From Cyanophora paradoxa CCMP329 (taxonomy: Eukaryota > Plantae > Glaucophyta), in assembly GCA_004431415.1 (NCBI GenBank), contig QPMI01000084.1:62001-126000 (forward strand): a DNA stretch of 64,000 bases. Reading direction: 5' to 3'. The notes under the pieces are model-generated. The model made no database searches and was not told the DNA's origin. It worked only from the letters and a program-made list of their open reading frames with translations. The first letter of the stretch is position 1; each line of letters begins with the position of its first letter. The position numbers and the translations under genes are program-made. Shown piece after piece: positions 11,501 through 25,221 of the stretch.

Positions 11501-13403
11501 CCGGAGCAGCGCCGCGGATCGAAAGGTGGAGTGGAGCGGATCCGAAGACAGCGAGGATGCCGAGTTCGAGAGCGACGACGACAGTGAGAGCACCAAGGAC
11601 AAGGAGACGCGTGCGTCGGGGTCGGGTTCCCTTTAATTTTGCGGCGCTCGAGTTAACATCGAAACCGTCTCCGCAAATTAAACGTACGTCTACAGTGGGG
11701 GTCGTGAAGCGCTGGAACGAACTGCGCAGATGCGGTCAGGTGCACGCGTGATTTGAATTGGTTTCCTGCCGTCGCAGCGTCTGTTTGAATAATCTGTTTA
11801 TTCTATTTTGAGTGTCATGCATATATATGATCAAATGCAATTTGCATGCGCGAGCTCACGATCGCGATCGGGACCAGAGGATTGCCGACGTCGAAGATGT
11901 GGTCAGGCTGGACGGACGCTACCACGCCACATTCTTCCTGGAGAAGGAGAAGGTTGGCGGCTTTGTATATATTAATTATGATTATGTAATTAATACGTTT
12001 CCACGGTCTATAAATTCCTGCCTTCGTATTCTCGATCTAACAACCACTGCAGGCCTTCTCCCCGCCGCTGGCGTCGGCGGACGGAGCTATCCGCTTCATC
12101 GACCGCTGCCAAATCGGGTGGTGTGGCCCCGAAGGCGAGAGGCTCTACCGCATGCAGCTCTACCACCCGATCCACGGTCCGCAATTGCGATCCTGCAGTT
12201 TTGAAATAAGTGTTGCTTGTACGTATCAGCCTTAATGTTTGCTTCTAATCGGCACCGCGGCAGAATACACGTCGGAGGCATGGTACCGGAAGCTCTTCAC
12301 GGGGCCGGAGGGGCAGCGGCCCCCCTTCGGGAACAACGACCCGGCCTGGCGGGCAAACCCGGCGGCCGCCGTCCGGCGCACCGTTGCCTTCATCGAATCC
12401 GAGGTGGTACTCGCGTGCTGAAATTTTCTACTTAATTTAATCACCCTCACTAGCACTGTATCACGCACAGTGGAAATACATATTTAATCTATCAAGCCTC
12501 TAAGCCTCTTCGAATTCGATTAATATTCTTTGCCAGCTGCAGGCGGATCCGGAGGGCGCGGGAGCTGCAGGCGTTGCTCGCGCTACAGACAGCCGCCCAT
12601 GGCCACAGGCCACTGGGCCCGCAGCCGGTGGTGGGTGCGACCACGGCGGACCAGCTGAGCAGCCAGCGAAGAAGCAGAAGACGGCGGCGGTGGCGGCGAC
12701 GTGCACCGCTTCAGCTGCAGCCCAGGTACCGGTGGCAGCCGCCGTGGGCCCCCCTGCCTTCAACCCCGCTGCGGTGAGCCGATCGCGAGCTCCGCTGAGC
12801 CTGCGCGTGTGGCTGCAGGATTAATATTTATTTCATTTCCTCGAGTCTAATAGAGTCCGATCGCGGCTCGCGCGCGCAGGTGCTGGAGTGGGAGGCCCCC
12901 GAGACGCTCGAGTGGCTCGTCAGGCGCCTCGGCCTCGCGAGCCAGCCCCGCGCGTGCGTACATCTAAAGTCGTCGGCAGCCGGGCGCTCTCATTTCTCCT
13001 CTGCGTGTGCCTTCGACTTGTAATTAATATTGCTGATCGGTCGCGCGCAGGCGCCGGGTGCTGGAGCGGCTGGCGCTCACGGGGCGCATGCTCCTGATGT
13101 GCTCGGCGGCGGGGCTGTGGCAGCGGCTGCTGCGGAAGCTGGAGGAGGAGGTCGCGGCGGGCGGGGCCGACACGAGGCTCGGCGACGCCCTAGAGGCCGC
13201 CTTCGCGGTCCTCGATGCGGAAGTGCGTTAGCTTCCATTCTCGCTTCCATCACTTGAGCTTCAAACCTTCAGTTTTGCCGACTCCCCTTTCGATCGCGCA
13301 GGTGCGGATCCTGGTCGACGAGGCGAAGAGGGCGTGCGGGGAGGGTGCCCCCCGCGAGGAGATCGCCCAGCTCTTTGCCCTCCGGTCTGCGCCTAGCGTA
13401 TAA
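8523..13403 (+). CDS. Spliced multi-AP2-like-domain protein, copy 1 (5' end not found, possibly disrupted)
   Basis: Manual splicing gives TTGFTGVHRRGPNVFRGEFKWRG...DTA|EAARMQDRF...KLNFRRD, matching the AP2/ERF pattern GV..R / EAARxxD / LNF. Similar modules at ~9930, ~10815 and ~11880 (diverged), each followed by a helical E/DY...FL segment. Stop at 13401-13403. Confidence 0.75.
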
Positions 13404-14065
13404 TTTATAACGCGGCGCGGATCGGGTCCCGCCCGGCGAAGGCGACGCAGACGGCGAGCCTATTATCGGCCGGTCATGACACGGTCGTCTTGACGATCCT
13501 GTTGCAAAACAATATCGGCCGGCCGCGGTCATGACATCCGAAGACTCTAGATCTGTACAGACGCGCGCACAAAATAAATTTCAATCGATGTCGATTTACT
13601 GCAACGATGTCGATTACTGCAACGATCGGTTTTACTGCAACGATATCGATTTACTGATGTCGATCGGGCCTGCTTGTGCAGGTGGCCATTGGTTTTCAAC
13701 AGAAATCTTTCCTTCGAGGCGTATACGTAGGACGTTTTCTATTCACTTGCAATTTCGGATTTCTGGCAATGCAAGCTGCAGAGCTGCTAAGTTCACATGC
13801 TGATTTAGATATCGATATCGATCAGAGCTTCTGCTAGCTATAGCCTAGTAGCTAATCATGTGCGAGAATTAACGTTTATCTGCGATGTCGGCATTCAATG
13901 ATTAAGCCTAAGCGTGTTCTGCATTGATAGCATTTCCGACTGAATGGCTGCATGCTGATCAAAATACAGAATACGCTGCACTGCGGCACTGGCAGGGCTC
14001 GCTGCCCAGGCTGAAAACTTTTACGGGCGGCCTATCTATAAAGGCGCCTGCAGAACTTAGCTATA

Positions 14066-14119
14066 CCTACGTCGAGCATTAGCTAGACCTACGTCGAGCA
14101 ATAGCTAGACCTACGTCGG
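14066..14119. repeat. 22-bp minisatellite (ACCTACGTCGAGCAWTAGCTAG, ~2.5 copies)
   Basis: Direct repeats visible in the sequence. Confidence 0.8.
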
Positions 14120-14940
14120 CCAGTCCGTCGGCCGAATCATGATGAATTACAAGCATGGAGGAAATTTCGCAAAACTTTTGAGGGAATCGAAATAGACGAG
14201 AGCTCGAGGAGGAAATGACTCAGTGATATCGATGCGCATGCAGCATACATCGTACTAGAGAAAGGAGGAGGAGGCCATGAATGATATATCATGATATCGA
14301 TGGCGAACTCGATTATGATCAGTGATCATCCGACTCGATCGCCCGCGAGCTCCGAGGCTCCGTATTTGGTGCGTGGGCGCCAGCTGCACGAGGGATTTCG
14401 GAGCTCGAGGGAAGCCGGAGCCTTGCATTTGTCAGAGAGCTAGAGGGGAGGAAGAGAAGAAGTGCATGTTCGAGCTCGATCGTCGCCCTCTAGATCTCGG
14501 CGAACAGCAGCACGGAGGTCCGAGCCCCTGCATGTGTCGCTGCTCGCGCGACATGCATATGGCCCCTTGAACTCTCGCCATATGCACGCACGTCTTCCCT
14601 CCTCATTCCCTTAAAAATTCTCGCCATTCTCGAGAAGCGCCGACTTTATCCGATCGCTGAGCCCGGCCGGCGCGCGCGGCCGCGGCGGACGCGCCGCCCT
14701 TACTTTGAAGCCCGCGCCTCGCAATCGGCTCACAACGCGCGGCTGCAGAATTTGTTTGAGGGAAATCGGAGCACGTCTACGACGCAAATAAGGTGCACTG
14801 CACATTCCTCTTAAGCTCTTAAGATGCACGCGCAAGGAGCGCGTGCGGAATGTAAGCGTGCAATCATAATTAATTTGAACCGGAAGTTCGAACGGCTTGC
14901 AATTGCGCGCAGTGCAAGCGATATAAATATATATTGGCGG

Positions 14941-17900
14941 ATGTCGACGCCGTGGCAAGGCGATTTCGGAGACGCCAGGTCGAAATCGGCTTCCTCATCC
15001 GCGGCCGTGATGGGCGCCCGGGCCCGGGAGCCGTCTCTTGCAATTGGGGCGAGCGGCGCCGCGGGCGCGGCCGGCGCCGCGGGCGCGGCCGGCGCCGGCA
15101 CGAGCGCTCCGTCCTCGAACATACGCAATCAGACCCCCTCAGCGCTGCCTTTGCCAAGCTCGTTCAGGTATGCATCTGCAGCCCAGGAGGATCCGGATTT
15201 CTCCCGGTCTGCACCGGTACCGGTACCGGTGTCGGTATCGATCTCATCGATATCCGGATCCGGATCCTCGAGCTCTTCAAGACCTGCTTCTGCATCTGCG
15301 CATGCAGCGCAGGCGGTGCGCTTTGTCTTCTATATTAATATTCCTGGCTCTAGAGACAATGTCGACAATGTCCAATACCGATCGATTCGAATTCGCAGCC
15401 GCCGTGCACGTTGTTGGCGCTGGCGCCGCCGCGGGCGTCAAATGCGAGCAGCCCTCGGCCTAGCAGATCTGCAGCTGGACCTGCAGAAACTCTAGATCTC
15501 TCTGCGAAGTCGACGTCCACGATGCGACCTTCTGCGCATGTGCATGTGGCTAGCGCTCGTGCTTCAAGCACGGCCGGCTCGAGCTCGACCGCTGCTACGA
15601 CGCCCCGGCGCCTGGGGAGGCCCTCTACCACGGGCTACGCTGGTGTCTACCGACGCAGCTCCAGGCCGCACCTGTTCACCGGAGAGTTCACGTGGCGCGG
15701 GCGAAAGCTCGCCTGCCCCTCTTCGCCCGACCCGGCGGTCAGTCGACCGGCGCCGGCCCACTCTGAATCTAGATATCGATCTGTAGGGAAAATATATATG
15801 TATCAAAAATATCCTCATTCTTTGAGAACTCAGGAAGCAGCCCGCATGCGAGACCGGCTCATTCTCACCTGCCAGTGGCTGGACGAGCGCCTGCAGCCGT
15901 CCCCGGCCGAGCGCATCCCCGACTCCAGCCTCCACTTTTCCCGAGATGGTGCACGCTCAAGCTTTTGATTTGGATCATTCAGATCATTAATATTGATAAT
16001 CGATCCATCATATCTAGTTATAAATCTTTTAGTTTTCGCACTCTCACTTAACGCATGCGCAGAATACGCACATGAAAAATTCATGGCGGAACTCCGCAAA
16101 GGAAAGCTCGCCGGATTCTTGAAGAAGAACTCCAGCTTAGAGGACCTTCGCGAGGCCGTCCGGCGATTCCTGACAGATTGCGGGGGTATCCGCGGCCAGA
16201 GACAGGACCGCAAGGCACGGTAGACCTTGGTTCCAAATCTCTTGAGACGTGCACATGCACGTGCACGTGCACGTGATCATGAATATTAATCTCACACCTG
16301 TACATGTACATTTTCGCAGCACGCCTGCGACCTAAGAGGCCCGGATATCGATGGGGAGGGCGAGGGAGCAGATTCGAATTCGGACGACGACGGCCAACCG
16401 CAGGAATTCGAAGAGCTCGCGATCGAGGATATCGACGCTAGCGACGATCGCGAGAAGCACACGGCCACCCCCTCTGCGCTGACGGTCCGAAGGGCGCCTG
16501 CCGCGTCAACGCGGCCGCGGGTGAAGGACGGCTACTGGCGCGGGAACTTCATGTGGCGCCTCGAGTTCTTCTCGTCCGCGTCATCTCTCAACCCGCAGGT
16601 CTGATTCGAATCCCTCAATCTTAATGCGACGATCTAAACCTGCAGGCCGACAGCTTCCCTTGCGGTGGTTATTGCTTCTATATTTATATTTGATTACAGC
16701 TGCACTCGCGCAGGATGCCGCCCACTACCGCGATCGGGCGATTCTCTGCTGCCAGTGGGCCGACGAACACGAGGGGTTTCTCGAGGAGCACCGAATTTCG
16801 GACGATCTGCTGAATTTTAAACGCTCCAGTACGTCTTTGGATTTCTTAAATACGCATTATTCATATCGAACATTGCAATTGTGCACAGCGTACGAAGAAG
16901 AGCAGTTCTACATGGATTTGCTGGACAACCAGCTGGAGGACTACATCGAGAGTGCCTCCGATCCCCGCAAGGCGATTCGCAAGTTCCTCTCCGACCGTGG
17001 GGCGTACCAAACTCCTTTACGCGTGCGCCGAAATATCGCCGTCGATCTCAAGTAGACCGCGGCTGCTTAAGTTCTATAATTATACAAGCTCGAGCTCCCC
17101 ATAGCCATGGCCATGTAGCTATTTGCGTTTGATTTCCCAGACGTCGCTGCAGTCCAGGAAGCATGCCATGCTCATGAATTTGAGGAGCGAAGATCGATGT
17201 CGATACCAAGAGCTCGAGGGCACGTGCACGGCGGAAGAGTGCGGCGATCGCGAGGGCGAAGGCGGGGAAGAGGAACAGCCCGCGGCCGAGGGCGCCGAAG
17301 ATGCCCCGCGGCCAGCACGCGCACCTGCAGCTGGCGACGGAACCGGTGGGCCTTCGAATTCGCAATTCGAGATTTAGATCTCTGATCTCTCGCGGTTGCT
17401 ATCCTCCACGGTCGTAACGGCGCAAGTGCTCGCGATCGCGATCGCAGCCTCGGCCGAGCGGGTCTACTACAAGGGGATCCGGCGTGACAAGCCGGGGTTC
17501 CCAGGCCACTTCGCGTGGCGGGGCAGGCAGTTCACCACGCCGGCCTGCTCCGCTTCTCCCGAGGTGCGACTGCAATTACAACCTGCACATGAACCATAAC
17601 GTGCAAACGACCATGAACATTTATATAATTATATCATAATTAGTGTTCACTCCGGTGGGCCATGAATATATGAAATATTGGGCGAGCAGGAAGCCGCTCG
17701 GCTCCGCGACTGCTACATTGTTGTGTGTCAGTTTCTCGACGAGGCACAGAACTTGCCGGTGCTGTCGAGCAACTCTATGAACTTCCCGAGAAGCGGTGCG
17801 GTTTCATTGCCTTTGTTTGCGGTTTCATTTTCATTCACGCTCATATCAATTCCGAGTTCTCATTCGTCGTGATTTAATTTTCTCTTCACATGCATATATA

Positions 17901-20471
17901 TGCGGGCAGACTACGAGAACGAGCCGTTCTTCCAGGAGCTGCAGCGCGGGAAGCTGCGAGTGCCCGAGGGCGCGGATCCGAATGAAGCCGCTCGAGTCGT
18001 CCGCGAGTTCCTCGCCGAGATGGGCGTGGCGCCGACGGCCGCGGTGCGCTGTTTGCGTGCTTGTATTCGCAATTAGCTTGACCACATTCGCGGGGCGCGC
18101 GGTGGCGCAGCCGAGGCCCATCAAGCGACGGCCTGCAGCTGTGCACGTGCGCCAAAGAAGCGCTGCTGGTCATAGGGTAGAGCGGAGTGGGTCCGAAGAA
18201 AGCGAGGACACCGAGTTCGAGACCGATGTCGATATCGATGATCATGATGACCGCGAGAGCACTGAATATAAGAACGAGGAGACAAGTGCGTCGGGGTCCC
18301 GTTGGGGCGCTAGCGCTTGACGTTTGTGGTTTATTGCGATTAATTTCACAACGGTAACCGTCGCTGTATACATGTGAATTCGAACGTGCAGTGGCGGTCG
18401 CGAAGCGCTGGAACAAACTGCGCAAATGTGGTCAGGTGCTTGATTTGCAGTTATAGCTAGTTTCCTGCCGCTGCAGCTGCAATTATAATTCAGTTACTGT
18501 TCTTTGAGTGTCGTGCATATTTTCAATGCAATTTTCACGCTCGATCGCGAGCTGATCATGACGATCGGGACCAGAGGATTGCAGACTTCGAAGATGTGGT
18601 CTGGCTCGACGGACGCTACCACGCCATCTTCCTCCTGGAGGGGGAGAAGGTGGGCGGATTTATATATTTAGTCCCACGTTCTATGAATTCCCGCCTTCTT
18701 GTTCTCGATCTAACGGGATGTCGATTAAATTTGCATCCGCGCCGCAGGCCGTCTCCCTGCCGCTGGCGTCGGCGGACGGAGCGATTCGCTTCATCGACCG
18801 CTGCCAAATCGCGTGGTGCGGCCCCGAAGGCCAGGACAACATGCCGCTCTACCACCCGATCCACGGTCCGCAATCCTAGGCTTGCAGTTAATTTGGAAAT
18901 AAGTGCACATGTGTATCACGATCAGCCTTGACTTGGACTTGTGATCACGATCGGCACCGCGGCAGAATACGCGTCGGAGGCATGGTACCGGAAGCTCTTC
19001 ACGGGGCCGGAGGGGCGGCGGCCGAAGGTGGGGAACAACGACCCGGCCTGCCAGTGGAGCGCAAACTCGGCGGCCGCCGTCCGGCGCACCGTCGCCTTCA
19101 TCGAATCCGAGGTAATGTAATCACCCGCACCGTATCACTCACAGGGGACACACATTTTTAACCTATAATGCCTCTAAGCCTCTTCGAATTCTATTTATAT
19201 TCTTTGCCAGCTGCAGGCGTATCCGGAGGGCGCGGGAGCCGCAGACCGTTCAGCCAAGGAACTCCCTGCAGGAAATTTAAAGAAGCAAAAGACGGGCCTT
19301 GCAGTTCGCGCTACTGACAGCCACCCACAGCTGCAGGCCACTGGGCCCGCAGCGATGGTCGCCGCAGCTGCATCTCTTGGCAATGGTGGCGGCATGCTCG
19401 ACCATGAGCAGCCAGCGAAGAAGCAGAAGATGGCGGCGGCGACATCAATGTCGACGTGCGCCACTGCTGGCGCCGGTGCCGGTCCGGGGGCGGCTCGCGA
19501 TCATATGCATGGCTCCTCCAGCTCGGGCCTCCAGCTCCGTCCAGCAGCTGCGACAGCCGCCCTTCGGGCCCCTGCAGCTGAAGCTGCAGCACCGGTACCG
19601 GCGGCGGCCGCCGCGGGCCCCCCTGCCTTCAATTGCAACCCCGCTGCGGTGAGTCGATCGCGAGCTCGGCGAAGCCTGCCTGAGCGTGTCGCTGCAACAT
19701 CGACATCGATTTAAATAACTCGATTTATGATCGAGTCCGACTCCCGCGCGCACGTGCACACAGGTGCTGGAGTGGGATGCTCCCGAGACGCTCGAGTGGC
19801 TCGTCAGGCGCCTCGGCCTCGCGAGCCAGCCCCGCGCGTGCGCGGACCTAGAGTCGTCGTCAGATTAATTACAATATATTGCGCTTCTTCACTGCGTCTG
19901 CCTAGGTCCTCAGCCTGCAACCGCTGATCGGTCGCGCGCAGGCGCCGGGTGCTGGGGCGGCTGGCGCTCACGGGCCGCATGCTCCTTGTGCGCTCGGCGG
20001 CCGGGCTGTGGCCGCGGCTGCAGCGGAAGCTGGAGGAGGAGGTCGCGGGGGGCGGAGGCGACGCGAGGCTCGGGGATGCCCTCGAGGCCGCCTTCGAGGT
20101 CCTCGACACGGAGGTGCGCGCGCAAATTAAAAGCCATGGGACCCGCTTCCTTGTTTTCAAGCTCCAAACTTAAATTTCCTCTCGGTTTCAAACCTTCCAT
20201 TCTCGCTTCCATCTCTCGCTTCCATCTCTTGAGCTTCAAACCTTCAGTTTTGCCGACTTTGGCCATCGTGACGTCCATGCGCGCGCAAATTGAATTTAGA
20301 GCCATGCAACCCGGTTCGAATGCAATGCTTCAAACTTAGACTTTAAATTTCCTCTCAATCGCGCAGGTGCGGATCCTGGTCGACGAGGCGAAGAGGGCGT
20401 GCGGGGAGGGGGCCCCCCGGGAGGAGATCGCCCAGCTCTTCACCCTCCGCGCCTCAGGGCCTAAATTATAA
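14941..20471 (+). CDS. Spliced multi-AP2-like-domain protein, copy 2 (tandem paralog)
   Basis: Exon-by-exon colinear with copy 1 (e.g. TTGYAGVYRRSSRPHLFTGEFTWRG...EAARMRDRL...LHFSRD). Probable ATG at 14941, stop at 20469-20471. In-frame deletion in module 2. Confidence 0.75.
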
Positions 20472-20958
20472 TTAATATTAATTTGCTCTTCGCGCTCCTA
20501 GGCGGACCGGCCGATCATCTTGACAATCCCATCGCAAATGAATATCGGCCGCGAAATCCTACGACTCTGTACAGACGCACAAATAAATTCCAATCAATGT
20601 CGATTTATCGTTACGATCGGTCCCGATAGGGAGGGGGGAAAGGGAGGGAGGGGGATGGAGGGGAGGGGAGGCCTAGGGGAGGGAGGGACACAACTTGGCA
20701 ATCGAAAAACGGGAGAGGGCAATGAAGGAATTTGGAGAACGAATTCGAAATTAAAGGGTGAGGGAAGACTAGCCTAAAAGGAGACCAGAGCGGCAAAGGC
20801 AAAGAGAAGCGACGAGCATCTAGAGAGCGATCCGCTGTTGGCTGCTGCAGTGAGCCCTCGCAATTGTCAGCTGCGGCGCATCTGATATTATAATAATGGG
20901 TCCCAAGGTGAGCGCGAGCGCTCATTGCGCGATCGTTTCAACCTTCGAGGTCCTGGTC

Positions 20959-22808
20959 ATGACGTCGCGCGCGCGTCCCCCGAAGCGCGACAAGCGCGCC
21001 AGTACCGCCACCGCTGATATCGATGACGAAGTCGCGTCGACGGCGACAACACCGAGACGCTCGGCGCGGCTCGAGCTGTCTCGCGCGAGCGCAAATCCCG
21101 TCCCGATCGCCGCAAGTGCAAGCTCGAGTGCCGCCGAAGCTCCGCACCAGCAAAAACGCGCGCGCCGCTGCCCTGGCAAGCTTGAGAGTACGCTCATTCG
21201 TAACCGCATAATATAATTTCGCCTTGAAATTCTTAAACCCCGTCGGTGATTTGACTTCGCCCTTTTTCCAGCTGGCCGAGGCTCGCACTCAATTGAGCTC
21301 GCGCTGGATAGAATGCCGGACGACGTTCTGCAGCTCGTGCTCGAGTGCCTCGGGGCCGCCGACGCCTTCGACTCTGTGGCGGGCGTCAGCCGGCGCCTGC
21401 GGGGCCTCGTCCTCGGCCACGGCACCTGGCAGTCGCTGGCGCTGACGTGGCCGTATTTGCGCAAGCACGTCGCCCATCTCCGGCACGAGGACGAGAAGAA
21501 GTGGCCGGTCGTCGACCCCAAGCGCATCTTGAAGGCATGGGCGGCGCGGGTCGAGCGGGGCATTGTGAAGGTGCGTCGGCGTTGGATTTCGCCTCGGAGT
21601 TCTAGGCCAAGATCTAGATCTGCTCCGATCGGCACGATAGAACTAGATCGAGCGCCTCGAGCGCCAGATCTAGATCTAGATCTGATGTCGATTTACAATC
21701 AGGCACGGGAGTTCTGTCTGGACACGATCATTTGGGAGCCAGCTGCAGAGAGCGATCGCGATACGGACTCGATGGACGATATGGACTCGGACGACGATAG
21801 TGAATTTGATCAAACCTACGGGGTAGAGATGGACCTGATGGGCACCCCCGACGCGCGCGCCAAGTTCTGGGGCCGCTCCGTCCCCTTCCTCCGCTTCCTG
21901 CGGCGCATGGGCCCCGAGCTGCAGAGCATCTCCATCGAACACGGCGGGGTGCGCATGTGCATAATCTCAAGCTTGGTTAATTAATCGATTTCACAGAAAA
22001 GAGGCCCTGGATGCATCCTTACGTATGCGCATTAATATCGCTTCAGATCGCCCCTCCGCACATCCTATCGCCGAACGAGCACCACGACTACTACGAGCCG
22101 GAATGCGAGGTGGAAGAGCGGGCAAGCTCTTCCGATAATTATGACTATTTAAATTGCAACACGCCTCTTAATTATGAGATTTTAATTCATATTCTGCAAC
22201 TGTGCAGGCGCACATGAACCGGCTGTACGTGGCGGCGCTGCTCGCGCAGCTGGAGCCCCTCGGGCCCACCCTCCGCTCCCTCTCCCTCCACCTCTGCCGC
22301 CCACGCCCCCCGGCCGGTGCGCGTGCAGGCCGGACCAACCCATTTGCAAGCGGCGGCGTGCGCGTGGCCTTCTGATACTCTGCGTGCTCAGACGGGTGCG
22401 GGGGCGATTGGGAGGAGCTGGGGCCCGCCCTGGCGCCCTTCACGGCCCTCCGATGCCTCCACCTCTACGCGGTGCCCGACCTCGGGGACGCGGAGCTGCG
22501 CGCCCTGGGCGCCGCCCTCCCCGCGCTCCGCGAGCTCGGGGCGTGGTGCAGGGGGGACCCGCGAGGGCGGGTCGAGGGGCACCGGCGGCGCCGCGAGGGG
22601 CGGTGCCGCCTCGCCCGCCTCCGGGAGGTCATCCCGACCCTCGAGGCGGTGCGCACCCGGGCCCTTTGAAATTGCCCATGGCCATTTCGCACGCAATCGC
22701 AACGTTCACGTAATTATAACCGAGCGGCGTGCGCGTGTGCGTGTGCAGGCACCCCTCGACGCGTACGCTGACGTCGATGAAAACGAAACGGACTCCGGAT
22801 CCGAGTGA
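20959..22808 (+). CDS. Spliced F-box protein, possibly with degenerate LRRs
   Basis: F-box motif MPDDVLQLVLECLG...VAGVSRRLRGLV...WQSL at 21313. Later LRR-like LRCLHLYAVPDLGDAELRALGAALPALRELG. Start and stop are approximate. Confidence 0.7.
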
Positions 22809-24410
22809 TCGGCAGTATACTATAGCTAGCTATATAGAGTATTGATAAATTTAACAAGCGAGTCCCTGCGGAGCAGGAGTGGCCTTGGGTCTTGGGGCTT
22901 CAAGGCGTGAGGGTGGCAGCTCTTTGTTTTAAATGGGGGCCCGCAACCGCGCGCGGTTACGGGGGAGGGGGGAGGAGAAATAGGGGGGTCCACTCGCGAT
23001 CGGCAAGGGTACACACTCAAGTGAGAGGGTACAGAATTGTGCTGCAAGGGTACAGATATGGATGCGGGGCCCAATCGGCCGCAGTTGTACCGAGCACAGG
23101 CCCCGAGGGGTCCATTGGTCGGGCCTATTTTTCGGCGCTTTTTGAAGGTGGTTGATAATTATCTATGAATCATTTGAATGTAATTCGAAGTAATTGCAAT
23201 AAGGCTCTGTCTAAATAAGTTATCTTAATTATCTTTCAATCAACACATCAAATACTTTTAAATCCCACATCGTGGCACACTACGTATACGTCTCATACAA
23301 ATTTGCAGGCCGACATCGTGGCGCTCCGTTAATTTGGACACTATTTTCTAGCGAATGGGGTGCGGTCTATTGAAATTAATAATTCTCAAAATTCGACTTG
23401 GATGACCAATGTGATTTGCGCTTTCAATTTTTTTCCGGGAAAATGCTTTTCGACGCTTCTCGACGTGCTGTTACTGCCCATTAAAGGCCTCTCATAGGAA
23501 ATCCGCCTCGGCCATCGTGCTCCCCAGGGTCGAGAACGGGTACCTAGGTCCAAAAATTTTGCCCTGAATCGCATTTTGAATCCACGGACAGGACAGGCAC
23601 AGACCTAAGGGCCTCTCCTTTCCCCAAGGCCGATATCGTGCGTGTCGTGAGTGCACTGATATCGATGTGAATATTAGTATCAAGGTCTGCACACGTGCAC
23701 ATGCATATGCATATGTACACCACGGATCCCCTCTCGAGAGGGGGAAGGGAGAAGGGGAACAGCCCTTGGCGGTGCTTTGCTGTCTCCATACGTTTGATGA
23801 TTATGACCAACTTTAGCTCGCAAAGTACACACGATATATATACGTTGTGAAAATATTTAAAGGTTGCTAAGAACAGCAATCCGATCACAGCGCATGTACA
23901 ACGCTGAGGAAGTATGAAAACGGATCCGGAATCATTGGAAGCGAAGAACAAAGCAAACCATTCTCCTACTGTATAGATTCAACGGCTATTCTCCAAATAT
24001 GAAGGAGTTTTAATCCCTGTGCAAACGTTACCGGCTAAAAAGCCATACAGTTAACGAGGATACTAATGAATACTATACAAGCGCTTCGCAGAACTGATGC
24101 GACTCAACAGGGGCGTCTATATAGCTACTGGAAGTCGTGCTGTTCGGCCCACAGCTGCTTGTGGAGCTGCACAGATCCGCAAACGATGACATAGACAGCT
24201 TGATTTACAAATGGTGCCGCGCTGCTTGGAAATCGATATCTACGCACACAAGAATGTATACCGTCTGGATTTGAATACGCAAGTTGAACGCTCTAAGTAG
24301 AAGTACACGAAATGCAAGGGCCCGCGAGCGGGCGCCAGTGAAATAAGCGAATGCTACAAACTAAGCAAATTAAAGATCTGTGGAAAAGCTGGACTAGCCC
24401 GGGCCTAGGC

Positions 24411-25185
24411 CTAGGCGGCCTGGTCGCGGGCGGCGAAGGCCTTGCGGATGAGGTGCTGCCGGATCGTCTCGACCGTCTCCAGCACCTCGTTCGGGATCAT
24501 CAGCAGCTGCGCGGGGCGGTCAACATCAAGATGATGTAGAAGGCGGGGCATCAAGAAATCAAACAAGAGCGGACGAGGAACATGGTGCGGCGGGCGTCCT
24601 CCTGGACCCGCGAGATGATCACGCGGAAGGCGAACAGGTACGAGAGCACTGCACGCCCGGCGCCGTCGACGTCGACGTCGTCAGAGCCGCGCGGGAGGCG
24701 ACGCGACCAAGGCGGGGGCGGACCGACGGCGGCGCAGACGATGCCGAGCATCACCTGCTGCTGCTTGAGGTAGGCGCCGAGGATGAGCTCCGCCTCCTCC
24801 ACGTTGATGTCGTTCGCCTTCACGTTCATCGCCTCCAGCGGGCCCTCCGCCGCCGCCTTGATGAACTGCCGCGAGGGGAACATCGTCAATGTTATATTCG
24901 CGACCGGATCGGACACGAGTAGGGCCCGGGCGGGCGCGCCTTGTAGTGGACGTTGGTGGGGACGAGGGTCTCCGGCGGGGCCCGCACCAGCATGCGCGCC
25001 TCCTGCAGTGGCAGCAGAACCGGTGAGCGGCGCTGCTGCGGGCAGAGCTCTCTCTTTCTCTCGGCCGGGGATGTGCGGGCGGGCCTCGATGAACTCCATG
25101 AGGAAGCGGTGGAGCCCGTTCGAGGAGACGACGCCCTTCACCGGCTGGCACAGCTCCCGGTCGCTGGGCACACGTCAGAAGAGGG

Positions 25186-25221
<36 letters not shown>

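Noticed and set aside
22860-24340. Possible transposon remnant (AGGGTACA x3, AT-richer DNA)
   Set aside because: No termini, TSD or coding motif could be established.
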